Shown piece by piece: positions 23,937 to 36,981 of a stretch of DNA of 64,000 bases. A program made the translations under genes and the position numbers. The stretch's first letter is position 1; each line of letters opens with the position of its first letter. The stretch comes from Selaginella moellendorffii (Eukaryota > Plantae > Lycopodiophyta): positions 380,407 to 444,406 of the forward strand of contig NW_003314385.1 of the NCBI RefSeq assembly GCF_000143415.4, written 5' to 3'. Under the pieces are notes generated by a model that did not search any database, was not told the origin of the DNA, and worked only from the letters and a program-made list of their open reading frames with translations.

Positions 23937-26900
23937 TATTAATATAAGCTGTTGGGTGAAAGCCCAAAACGATCGTCCCCCGGGGGGGGGGGGGGGGGGG
24001 GGCGCTGTGGGGGTTCCAAAAGTATAGTAGGGAGAGTGTGGGGGTTGGAGCCCAATGGAGCCAGTTTGGCCAGGAAAGGCCAGTTTGGCCCAGAAAAGGC
24101 CAGCTTAGCCTAGGAAGGCTGTACTTAGGTGTTGGGTGATGAGCTGACCATTGAGAAGTCCAAGACTAGAGTGAATATGGACCAACAAGCGGGGTAGCTT
24201 GGTGAAGTGTTCAAGAGCTGGCTCTAGTTCCCCCGGGAGATCGAATGGGTGATGCTCCTAGTCCAAGTGTGGGTGGCACTACCTACTTGGATACCTGGTG
24301 TGGCTCAACAAAACCTCGCTCTAAGCCCATGGCTAGAGCACCCAAAGGCGGAAGGCAAGGAGAGTACCTATGAGGCCCATGTAGGGCCACAGTGTTCCGA
24401 AATGTTGTCCCAAAGTCTCAGACTGTGGAAAAGAAGATGAGTAGCCTTCTAGTATGGTGACCAAGGACACAGTCACATGGCGAGGAAGTCCTAGAGGACC
24501 GTGAGACATAGTGGTCGGGCCTGTGGGCCTTGATCCCGTGGCAGTGTTGGCGAACACAACCATGGACAGAAAGGGACTTGGTGAGGACCGAAAAAGGGAT
24601 ATTAGGGAACGCTAAGGATGCTAAGGAGTGGATCTGAGATGACCACTCATGGACGGATGGCCCAGTCTTGGAGAGACGGGATTGCAAAGTAGATGGTGTT
24701 GGACCACCGATGTGACCAAGGAGAATGGGCATGGCCTAGCATAACGGGCTGATATGTCAGTGGTACCTTGGGGTGTCGATCATGGGATCGGACACGTGGA
24801 GCACTTGGACCAAGTGCAAAGTTTGAGTGGCATGGATGCCATTCTCAGGGAGAGCAAGCCCCAAATCTAGAATTGGACTTATGGAGGTTGTGAGTGAGAC
24901 TCTTCCAAGTGGTCGGAAGTATGGCTAAGTGACTAAAGTAGAATGGAAAATTTAGTTGCTTACAACTTGGTATTGGAGCTGTTCTTTTGTTCGACTCTTA
25001 TTGGTGGCCAAGTATATCACCACTTGTATTGGAAATGGAAGGTCCTAGGTATGGACGTATCCTTGAGGAGGAGCATGTCGAGAGGACATGACTCTCCACT
25101 CAAGTTCATGCGTGAACTTGTGCGCAATATGGTGGATGGAAAAGGGCCAGTAAGGGAACGACTTTGGGATTTTGGGAACAGGATAAGGGTTTCCTCAGAG
25201 AGTTGAGGATGTGATCTAGATGAGCATTTGACGTAACAAACGGGCTAATGTAGTTGTGGTAAACAACTATAGTTGGGATCACGGGAAAGATGCAAACTCC
25301 AAAAAAATAAAGGAGTCAAAAAATTACCCTTATATAGTTGAGGTTGGTGCTCATAAATTTGAGACCGGAATTAATGACCGTAGGAGATCAAATACGGAAG
25401 AGGACATAAGTCCTTGGAAAGGTAGCCGGGGCTACCTCTAATAAATGCTGGAACAACCCAAGGAGTTGGGCGTGTACTTAGAGGATGAGATGGTATTCTC
25501 ATCACATGGACAAGTGGTCTTAGGGGGCAAAAGGTTGCCCCCTGAGAACAAATCAAGTGTCAGAGTAACATTTGCAAAGATGGTCCTTGTGAGTAGGACT
25601 TGAATACAAGAAGTTGTATTTTAGTGAGCTGGCACCTCAAATGTAAGACCTCACAAATCGTCGGATTGACAAAGTCCAAAAGGCTAGATGACTCAAATAG
25701 AGTCAAGGAATAATCCTAAGGGATTGATAGAAGCATTTGGATGGAGGTGTGTTGTACCTCACAAAGGATCCAAATATGAGAACAAAGGGTATCTCATTGA
25801 TGGTAGAATGTGCCATACCAAAGTCGTGGGAAAGGTGTTCCCCAAAAGAAAGCAACTTTGGCATAGAGTTGTGTGTGAACACTATGGTGTAGTGCTAATT
25901 GATAGTTGGCATGAGAAACAACTGCTTTGGTCTTGGCAAAGATGTTGACACAAGTGGGGAGTGTCGTAAAGGTAGGCTTGTAGAGCCTATGGTGTGAAGA
26001 CACCGAATGTGCTAAGGCGTGATGCTTTGAAGTAAAATTGGTGGGTTCATGGGAACCCCTTCCCAAAGGAATCCTAATGGAAATGAGAATGGCATAGCCT
26101 AAGCTGGAAGGCATGCGATTGGAGTGTGGTGACCCAAATAATGATGGAGGTGTGAAAGCACTAGCAATGAGCTGTAGGACTTGACAATTATGAGGTAAAT
26201 AAGCAAAAGGTGCAAAATCATTGGTTAAACTAGTAGAAGGTAACTACCTAAAACTTCTTATGGGGATAAGGAAGTTAGATATACCCTTATAGGGGAAAAA
26301 TTGCTTATGTTGCAATATAGTGAGTCAATATCGTAAAAGGAATGTTTATTGCTAAAAAGGCCATCATTGGGACACCCAAGCACTCTAGAGCACCAAGAGG
26401 TAATGTTTTATGTCGTGAAGGCACAGATAAGGCCCAAGGGACAAAGTCCCTAGTGAATGATAGATAAAAGGTGCTATCCAAACGTCCAAAGTTGTGGAGA
26501 TAGAAGAAGTTTGTTTACTCTAATTGGACAAAGCCAAAAAAGGACTTTGGCAAGGCTAGTGATGGGTATACAAAGACCCATGAGTAGCAATGTTAATCTC
26601 AGTATGTGGGATTACAAAATGAGCATACCCGGGTTGAGAAACCACTCCCTAGGCTGTCAGGTAAGTTCATCCTTATGAATACTTGCTAAGGCATGGTAGA
26701 AAATGCAAAGTTATCCTCCTAGTTTGGAGGAGAATGACCGAAAAAAATGTATAAAGCTAAAAAGCAAGTAGTAAAGGGATAGAACCGAACCATAGGAATC
26801 GACAGGCATAACCAAAGGTGGATATGCAAGTTGGGAGTGGAAAATCAAATGGGTGCTCAAGCATATTGTCATTAGCAACCGTGATGCCACGAAAGGTCTA

Positions 26901-29451
26901 AAGCATAGAACTGTCCATATTAGACCATATGGCAATTAGAAAGCTTGTGAAAAAAGAGGCCTTAGCAAGTTAAGGAATAGAGTTCCTTGAAGGTTCCCAA
27001 AGACGATTCTAGGTAGATAAGTACTAGAAAGCCAAGTGTAAATGGTTTATAGAGTGCGAGAAATTAGAGTGGTGCAGCAGAAGCGTAATCTTGAAGCTTG
27101 TCATGAGGCAAAGCTATCAAGGTTAGGGAAGTAGTTCCCGAGTGTTTAAAGAGAGGGTTTTGAATGAAAGTCGATGGATAAAGGCTTTTACACTTGTGCA
27201 TGAACCATGTTACGGTGGTTGGATGACTTATTGGCAAGTTGAGGGAACAAATACCCTAGTTGAGGATGCTAACTTTAAAAAGGGTGGCCAATAGGGCTAA
27301 GCATGGAGGAGTCCATGCATGATCACAAATATGTCAAGTGAAAAGATTTGGCAATGTGGAGGAACTAGGTTCCTAAGCTGTGATCTGTAGCGTGCTTTAA
27401 GTATAAGTTGGTGCAGCAGTGTGGGGGAGTCATACCAGGCACCTTGGATGATACCTTTCGTAGATGCATATACGAAGGTTTTGTTTGAGTCCCGACCCTC
27501 TGGCCTTGGGTTCGAGTCCCAACTCATTAGGGCGTGGTGATGGTTTGGAATATGAGGACACTCATTTTTTGGTGGTCATAGACTCTCAGTAAAGAGATTA
27601 GCTTGGGCACACCACTAAACGGGGGATGCCCTGGAATCGTGATGCATGGAAGGATTGCTTAGTGTGGCTCTGTAGCACACGTGGTTTTGACCCTTTATCC
27701 TATGGTGATTTACCATAGGATAACACCACAAAGCGGAACCTAAACCCTCTTTGTGCCACGTGACAGATGCCACGTGTCACATGCCACGTGTCCAAAGGAA
27801 CATGGTGTGGAACTCGAGGTTCAAGGCCTTGGGCCACTGAATGAAGGAAGGGTGCCAAACTCCCAAGCATGAAGCCAAAGAGTGATGGAACCGGACCACA
27901 GAGCAACTCCCGAGTGTATAGCCCAAGGAGCGAAGGGACAGGAGCACGGAGCGACTTGGAACAGTCCTAGAGTATCTAGCATCCCAATGCCAGGACCAGC
28001 AGGCAAAACGGAGCCAAACAGAGTCTGGCACTATTTTGGCATATCGGTGGCCTAACGCGAGGATATGAGTACTCCACCAGCTAGCATGGTGTGGAGATTG
28101 GGCTTAGACCCAAGCCGGATGCAGAACAAGGACAGACACGCAAGTGGGAGCTAGACTATGCCTCAGGTTGGTCGGCCATGCCTGACCTACCCACTATCCC
28201 TTCTATACATTTGGAACCCCCCACACATCCCCCCCCCTGAGGAACACACGCTTTGGGCTTTCACCCCAAGCCACCCTTAGTACCAGGAGTTAGTCTTTGG
28301 GATAAGCTCGAAATTTACTAAATATGGAATGTCCTTAGATTGCGAATTTGGACACAGGACGAACACCATTGTGTTCAGGATGATCTCTACATTCCGTAGA
28401 TATGCCAAATGAGCAAATCTGGACACTTTCCATAAATAGCATTTGGGACCGAAATGAGACTAACACAAAGGGCATGATAGCGAGGGTGTTTGGCAAACAC
28501 GGTAATCTATCATCTAGTGAATATTGAGGGACCAATCTCAATATCGCGGGGGTTCCCAACACTAGCAAGTGCAAGTCAACGAATGAGTTTCTCTAACCAG
28601 GTCAAGTATGCTTGACTAAATAGACACTTAGGAATTCTTTCCTTATGCTCATCTGGTCAAATGCACATGCAAGGACCAGTTTCTCAACTAGCTTAGGCGG
28701 AGACTGATAACAGGTCTAGCAATACCGACCTCCTGCCGTCGTGGCAGTAAGGAAAGAGTGTCCGTAAGGACTGGTCGACAAGTATCTTTCGATACCCGAA
28801 GTCACATTTGCGACACTCTCCCCCTCTTGGGGAAGATTGACGTCCTTGTCGATGCATACTCAAGTCTAGAATACCGCTAAGAAACAACTCCAAAAAAAAG
28901 TTCATGGAATTCACATTATATGAGAAATGCACCAACTTAAATGAGTTAGGGGGCAACCTCTTTGTCTAACGTGGATGCACTACCAACTCAGACACCTTTC
29001 GGCCGTCACCGACAAGGAAATGACCAACGGAGTCAGCCACCCTTGTTGCTCTAGGAGTCACCCAGCTTACAAAAGTGTGATATGCCCCTGCCCGCAAGGA
29101 TATAGAGAAAGAAGCCAGAGGCCCCAACCCTCCTGAGCAAAGAAACAAAACTCATCGGTAAGGTTTAGATAGACTACTGTAAACAGGCAGTTAGAGTTGT
29201 TTACACGGTCACGCCCTTTCAACGAAATAAGGAACATCGACAGAGAGGCGGGTGATGTGACCAGTCAACAGTAGCTACCCCATGACTAGAGATTTCAACA
29301 TGCACATGAAGTGCCGAAGTCAGTCTGCCGATACTGGCCCAAACTCAAAGATCAATAGATGGACAATATCAAAGTCATAGACAATGATATCATAGAGATT
29401 TAATTATCAGTGAATATATTTTAGATTAGAACACAAAAGTATTCCAAGTAA

Positions 29452-29475
29452 AAGCTCTATTTCGTTAAAGTGGGA
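29452..29475 (+). repeat. Left TIR
   Basis: Inverted repeat of 42010-42033. Confidence 0.88.
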
Positions 29476-29893
29476 ATTGTCATTATCCCACTTGTAAAAT
29501 AAAGTTTCCAAACCTTTATATAGTATATAAATATAACAAAATTCAATTGCATTGAGGCACATGCCATTTTATTTTAAACAAGAAAATGTCTACTCAATCA
29601 CTTCTCCTCCCCCTGCCACTGCTTCACCTCTCTCTTCTCCTTGTCATCGTCGTCCAATTTCTTTCCATCCTTTTAATATTGGCTCAGTTGCTCCGAGTCT
29701 AGGTGGAGCCCAAGTCCCCATTCAATTTTTACTTTCCCCTTATTAATAAAACAACTTCGTAGACTTCCAATAACATGCTGTAACACTTCTAGTATAATGC
29801 AAATCCTCTCAAAGAATTGTCTTTTAATATTAATACAATGGCATGGAACCCCATGCCATAATAAGTTACATTTTTAAATAAATACATGCCATC

Positions 29894-32800
29894 TCAGACT
29901 GTTATTTTTTGCCTCCAACGCCTATACAATAATCTTGGAATTTCATCACTCTCCACACTATCAGGATTTAAACCCAATAGTAATGCCATCTCTTCTCTAA
30001 TACGTCCACGCTCATGTTCAGTGGTCAAAGAACCCATTCGGTTGAGCAGATTATGGAGATGCGGATAGTGCTTGGCTAGACAATATACATGCCATAAATG
30101 ATGACTGGTGTCTGTCCGATCAAATGGCTTCTGATATACCGTTCCATCTGCCATTTGGTTGATTTCTGCAGCCACCTCCTGGACTGGCCGGTTCTCTATC
30201 ACCATCGCTCCAAGCTGTTTTGCAAGGTCCCCCAGAACATACGGTTTCTTCTCCCTAGTTTCCATACTGCAAGAGATGGGGTGCACTGCATATGTGTGCG
30301 TGTTCGTTGCAGTTTTAATCGGCGAGTCATCGATGATGAGGATTTCACTTGACCTAGCAGTCCGGTTCATCACTACAGCCTCTGGCTTGACGAAGATGGG
30401 CTTGCTACCCCTCACATGGACCATAGTCAAGCAATCCTCCTGCGTTAGGAGAAAGTCAAATGGTAATATTACTCGCGTCTGATCGTGCATCATCTGTAGC
30501 AACGTTAATGCATTGTGGCGCATCATGGATGTCCAAACTCCCAATTGCAAATTGAACCCAGCCCTCTGTTTTAAGTGTCGCATGGTCATTATTAGATCCC
30601 GCAGTTTCTCCCGTGTGATTAATGTGAATCTGTCTCTTTTGACCAACTTGCGACCGCAGGCTTTGGAGGGTGCAATGACATTCGAGGACGAGCCACGCTC
30701 ATGGGACAAAAGGACACCGTTCAGATCAAAAATGATACAGTACCTTCACCGTGACTCTGAAATGAAATGCGTTAGCATAAAAAATGGTACAAGTCAATTT
30801 TACCATCTACAATATTAGCGAATGGTGCTCCCGATGGTCGTTGAGAGGGTTTTGGTCGAGGAAACGTGAAGGGCAGAAATACTCTCCTCTGCAATGTGGG
30901 GTCAATCGCATCCGATGGCGTGTGGGCACATGCCATTTCAGCTGTAGACTTTGGTACAACTGGCTCAACAGTGGCATGGGGTGGTTCCGATGGCGTGTGA
31001 TCACACGCCATTTCAGCTGGTGCCTCTGTTGGCAAAGTGGACATGACCGAACAGGCAGCAGGGGCGGTGTAGGGAGGTTCCAACGGCGCGTAGTCAGACG
31101 ATTGGGCACACGTTGAGTCCGTTGGAAATGAGGATACGACCGGCTCGGCGGCTGGGGCGGCCTCATGCGGGTCCAATGGCGCCTGGTCACCGTCAGTTGG
31201 ATACGTGGACAAGATTGACTCAGTGGTATGGGCAGCATCAAGTGGAGCGTGGTCAGCTTGCTTGGCGTTGATATGGATAGTAGCCTCCACCAGCTCTGAT
31301 GACTCTTGCAGGCAAGTAGAGTCCACTAGCGGATCCATATGCATGTCCAAATATCTCCCTTCGATTGAGATGGTATCCTCCCGTGCTACTAAAAACAAAC
31401 TCATTAGCACATTGAATTGACTATACTGTATTTACCATCAACTGCTATTGAGGAACTAGGACCGATATCACTTGGGCGCACTGCTGATTCTGAAGGATTG
31501 GACATACGTTTCGACCCTTGCTTGGCACTATCCTTCCTCGACACTAAATGCTAGAGTTTGTAAATTCAACTGAATAATCTCTACTTACCATTTGCTCTGC
31601 GACCTACATGGACAATGTTAGAAATGGTAAAAGGTTAGGAATGGATGTACTATTATTTACCTGATGGTTTTGTCTTGTATGACCTTCCTCCGCTGCTCTT
31701 TGGCCACCTCAGGCTAGCCATCGTCGTCATCATCGTCGTCGTCGTTATTGTGATCGTCACCATTGTGAGGACCATCCAAGTCCTCTTCGTCCTCCTCTTC
31801 TTCGTCCTCCTCTTCTTTGTCCTCCTCTTCGTCCTTCTACTCTTCCTGCTCATTATCTTTCTCTGGCTCCTCATCCCCCTCCTGCATTTCTTCCATAGGC
31901 TGCTCAGGCTGGATGGCTTGTTCTTCCAGGACCATCTTGGGAAAATCATCTGGCCGAGTCTCCATCTCAAAATACAAGACATCCATAGCCTGTTTTAGTG
32001 CGTGACCTAGGACCGTATCCTCACCCGACTGTCTTAACATGGTTTCTGCACGTTCTTGCACCCTTCAAAGACGACGAGATGAGAAAAACGTGGCCCTGAC
32101 TTGAAAAGCATCCCTCATCCATTGTACCTCTCCATTGAGATTGGGGAAGGGGAGTCCGCCATAGGAATCTGAGTCAGGAGGTGGTGACTGCCTGCTTTCA
32201 CTCAGCCCTTGATCTGCAATGAATGGCATGAGCACACACGCCATAACTGCGAGGCATTACCTATCATCTTTTCGTTGCCCTTCTTCCTTTTCGAATCAAA
32301 CGCCTCTGATCTCGACGACTGTCCAACGTGCTTTCGCTTTTTATGACCACTGTCAGTTTGAGCTTGGCTGGTGCTTGCCTGTTTTGCCTTTGAAGAAGTG
32401 TCTCCTGCAAGGAATGGCATGAGACCACACGCCATTGCAAATATAATTTGTACCTCCTTTTTTCCTATTGCTTGTCTGTTTGTCCTTCTTCGACGCGCCA
32501 CCAGTGCACTTTTCAGTCCTCGTGTCTGAATATTCACAACGATCTATAATCAAAATGGCGTGAGGCCTCACGTGACCTTACCTTGTGCAGGTTGTGAGCT
32601 CGGCCCAACATGGGTATCTTCAACAGTAGCTGTTAACGCCGTTTCAGCATCTGGGGGTGGCCACGCTCCTGCATACAGAGCTTGTGAGATAACATTTAAA
32701 CTTAAAGTGTGTACTCACCAGGTTCGCAGAGAAGATACTGTTTTTCTTTGGCAACTTTAATTATATGCTCCATTGAAGTCACCTCTTCAATGGAGTTTGT

Positions 32801-35492
32801 CACCGCAACACACGGGACACCCTTGAGTAGTGCGGCTCGAAAGAATAGTCCGCCGCAGTTGTACTCGACAACGCATTTGCCCTTGGAGTTGGAAGCAGGT
32901 GACCCACCCGCTATTGCGTTGAAGACCCAGCTGAGCATTTCCCATGCTGCACCTGGAGCTTTCTTTGGATTCGAAAGCTCCATAGCCGTCTTCAGTTCCT
33001 CAGGCACGGGTAAATTGACCTCCCTCAGATCAATTCGATTGGCCTTGTCGAACGAAGCTGGGAAGTCACTCCAGTCCCACTCTGCTGCAGGACCAATAAC
33101 AAGGGCGAGTGTGAAGATGCGGACATTCGTCGGTATCTTCTTCTTAGCCATTATCCCATGGATCTCCCGCATCTCCTTGCCTTTCAACCGAGCCTTCACC
33201 TTGTTCAAGGCCTTCCAGAACTTGTGATAGGATTCGGAGTCGTAGATCATATAGTGGACTGAAGATTCCACCTCTGCAAGTCCCACCATTAAGTCAATGA
33301 TGGAGCTGACTTCGTCTGCATGAGTGATCTCCTCGTTTGTGAAGTCCATCACACAAAAGATGTTCTTGACTTGCTCATCTCCGCGGGAAACGATGCTCCT
33401 CCACCTTTGATCCTCATCCGAATTCAAGTATACCCGGTAAGGTTCTCGATAGGCATCTGCTGCGGGGTCGAGCTGTTTCTGAAGCCGGCGGTCGACATCA
33501 ATCTTAATGAAATTTGGATACTGATCCAACTTCTCAGCTTTACTTTTCGTGGCATCCCGCAGCAGATCGATGAACTTGGGGGCCCCCTTCACGTACTCGT
33601 CGATGTCTTCATTTGACAACTCCAGCGCTTCCATCATCTCTTGCGTGGTGTCGATGCTCACCCTCTCCACGGCCACTTGCTCGAAGATCCAATCCTTCAA
33701 TAGCGCACGAGCTCTCAGAATCGTGCACAAGTCCTCGTATATCACAATATGGCCGGGAGTCATTTTGGTCTTGTTGAAGACTACCTCACCACGTAGAAGA
33801 GCATTAGCCACTGTCAGAAGGTCGTCATCGTCTAGAGACCGCGAGAAACGCAAGGCGTTGAGCTTCAAATCATTGGGCTTCCGGCCGTCCTCCACACCCA
33901 TTGAGTTTGGCAACTCCCCGTCATGGTACCTCCTCAGCACATCTACCCATTTGTCAAAAACAACTTTTGTCGCGAGTAGAATGTTATGGATGCTGAGTGT
34001 GTCATTGACCCCCAGTGTTTTTGAGAGAAGACTCGAGAATTCCTGCAATGGAAATGGCGTGAGGCCACATGCTATGCCACATGCAACGAGGCTTACCTGC
34101 CAGGCGCTAGTTGCTAGTGCACGTCCTTGTCCTGGTTTTTGTGGCTTCTTCAGTTGAACCCAGAGCTTCCGTGTTCGTGCCAATGTCTCGTGCAGACCCG
34201 ATTTGTAGCACGTTTCTTGCTTGACATTCTGCACGTGGGACATGTATATGATAGATCGGAGGGGCGAGTTGCCTTTTATCAGGCGGACAACTCTTATCTT
34301 GAAGACTTTCTTCACCTCCTCGCCCACCATAATATCCACAACTATCTCTTGCATCGCCAAGCTAGAATGCTGCCCGGAGACGGCATAGAACCGGATGTTC
34401 TGATCATCCAACACCTTCCTATTGATCAAGTCTGGAAACCTCGTCTTGCCCTTCATTGTTCGGTAGTAGGGGATCACGTTTGCGATGTCGGGTGTTACTG
34501 GACTTGCCAGCATCTTCTGCTTCAGTTTCTCCACCCACTCATCAGATACTAGCCTGTGGTTGTATTTGCTTTGGATGTCGATACGGCTCACGTCGATTGT
34601 ATATACTTTGTTGGAATAGTAACAAGTACTATTATCTGCGACAATTTTTGCTGCCTCTTCTTGCTCTTTCTGCTCTTTGTGGCTCTTCTTTTTGGTGGGT
34701 GTAGTGTTCGAACCCGAGGCAATGGCATCACCGAGTAGCTTCTTTTTTGGAGGAGAGTCGGACGTCGGCTTGAGCTTGACCACCCTTTTCTGCTTCGGGG
34801 TAGTTTCCAGATCGACCCCCTTCCCCTTCGCTTCGCGAACTGGAGGCACTCTCAACGGCTCAATGTTGGAATATAGTTTTTGAACATCGCCGTAGGTGAG
34901 GTCCGTGGATTCCATGTGATCTTCATAGACCCGCAGCGTCTTTGAAATTGTGGGCCTCCTAGACAACCTCTTGTAAGCAACCAAAGGGAACGACTTGAGA
35001 GACGGTCCATGGGGTTCAAATATAGAGGGAAAGGGCCCATGAATAAGAGTGCACCCCCTTTTCCAATCGGTTAAGGGTCTTGGGATAGTTGGAGTTAAGC
35101 GTCCTTGGGTTTGAATAGTACTGGGCTGGGTGACCTCCCGGGAAGTCCAAACTCAGGAGTTTACACCTCTCCCTAGCTCCCTCTAGGAATTCCTCATAGC
35201 CGCTGCCCCCCTCCGGGAAGCCGCTAGGATGTGCAAGGTGGATCTTGAAGGCAGACGCTGTCTCTACCACAAGTGCCAGTCCATATTCTTGCATGGAACT
35301 GCATGGAGTGTCTGTCACTTGGATAAGGATCCCCATGCATTCTTTTCTCCCACCATCTGTGTTGTACAGCCTCAGATCCTCGCCTTCCATCCCGAAAGTC
35401 CAACTGGTGAGCTCCTCCCCCTTCTCTGCATCCACATTGACAGTGGCTGGAAGAAGAACGCAATTCCTCGTCTGTTCAGAAATGCACAACAA
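29894..35492 (-). pseudogene. Multi-exon TE cargo gene: ParB/Srx-like domain + degenerate N6/N4 DNA-methyltransferase-like region + acidic/low-complexity linker + FCP1/NIF-type HAD phosphatase domain
   Basis: ParB-like: IDVSRID..NHRLVSDEWVEKLKQKM..FYAVSGQHSSLA. MTase-like C-terminus: NPKKAP..LSWVF..GKCVVEYNCGG..AALLKGVPCVAV. FCP1-like: IIFDLNGVLL, GVWTS, LIIDDSPIK. Phase-1 GT-AG introns link most exons, but one junction near 31660 does not resolve. Disrupted by a Cassandra LTR and nonsense transitions. 5' exon not located. Confidence 0.6.
34972..35165 (+). mobile_element. Cassandra-type TRIM solo LTR with 5S rRNA-derived segment
   Basis: TGTAAG...TTTACA termini. TSD CCTCT at 34967-34971 and 35166-35170. 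Contains GTTAAGCGTCCTTGGGTTTGAATAGTACTGGGCTGGGTGACCTCCCGGGAAGTCC, similar to the 5S A/IE/C-box region. Confidence 0.9.
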
Positions 35493-36956
35493 TTAGAGCT
35501 GACAGATGAAAAGCTAGCAGCTGGAAATAATGTGAGGCCACACGCCATTCACCACTGCATCAGATGTCTTGAGGCTGCATCCTAAGATGGCGTGAGGCTA
35601 CACGCCATCTGTAACCGGACTGCACTCGAGAGCCCAATCGGTGCATGCCAATGTTGCTACTGAATGGCATGTGGCCTCATGCCATTTTCTACTTGGCCTA
35701 AAAGACTTACCATTTGAAGCCGAATGGAGGCGTGACAACCGGACTCGCTGGCAAATGTGCACTGTGTGTGCAGCGGATCATAGCAGCAAGGCTACTCTGC
35801 CACTTACAGTTGGAGAGTGGCGCTGAAATCTCTCGGGACGCCAAGTGGGCTGCGTGTGGGTGGCGGAGTGGGCGGCGGAGTTGGCGGCGAAGTTACAAAC
35901 TGGGTGTGTCTTGAAGTGAACGCCGATGCACACGAGCGCGATGCGAGTGCGAGTGTGATGCAAGCGCGAGTGGACGCCGATGCACACGAGAAACCTGTAG
36001 AGAAGTGGGAGCGCGAGTGGGAGCGCGATGCGAGCGCGAGTGTGCGAGCGCGAGTACGAAGCAAAATGCAAAACCTAACCTCACACGCGCGAAATGTCAC
36101 GACGGTTGGTAATCCCGCCATGTCATCATTCCTCGGACTTGGGCGCCACCATTAATTTCTGGATCGGCGCGCGCATGCGTGAAATCCAAAAGAAATCCGC
36201 AACGTCATCATTCCTCGGACTGCATGCACGCGAAATCCAAAAGAAAGATCATGATTGGGATATCATTTAATACCCTTGCTATATTTATACCATGCATGAT
36301 TGGATATTCCAAAGCATCTTGTATTTCCAAAAATGCCAGATGTTCAGCTAAATAAATTGTCAGAGGATTTGATGTGACGTTCAAGCGTGTGGGCTCATGC
36401 AATTTTGATCCCAAAAAATGCACCAAAAAATGCTCGGCGTCATCTGGCGTTATCTCTTGAATGGCGTGGGGCCGCATGCCATTTTCAGGAGCACTTAGGA
36501 GTATATTCCTAGAATATTCTGACACGCGCGAGATTGTTTTGAGTTTCCTGGAGATCCAACCGTTAGATCGCAACTAGATTTTACAGAATGGTATACAATG
36601 TCCTTCTTGATGACCCTGCAAAGAAGCATCTCGATCGGACACCACATGAGACCACACGAGCCTTACAATGTTTCAGGGGCATTTGCCATAGATCCGACCG
36701 TTATTTTGCTCCAAGATTCTACAGTTTGGTGTGCATTGACCTTTCCATCGACACTGCAAAGGGACATCACAATCAGATGCGGGATCACAAGAAACCAACT
36801 TCACTAACTCTGGTTTCACCAAGATCTACGTAAGGAGTTATGAAATGAAAGGACCCTCTCTATTGAAATGTGTTTATGGTCCTAGGGGCATTGTGACATA
36901 TCAAAGGATTTTGCATCAAGTTCTGTATTTGCATGTTTATCAAGCTACTGAATTGC

Positions 36957-36981
36957 TAAACCCTAAACCCTAACCCTAAAC
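36957..36981 (+). promoter_or_regulatory. Short plant telomere-type repeat / telo-box
   Basis: TAAACCC TAAACCC TAACCC TAAAC between the two divergent TE genes. Confidence 0.55.

Noticed and set aside
35093-35150. 5S rRNA gene
   Set aside because: Only a partial 5S-like segment, embedded in a TG..CA LTR with a 5-bp TSD (Cassandra).
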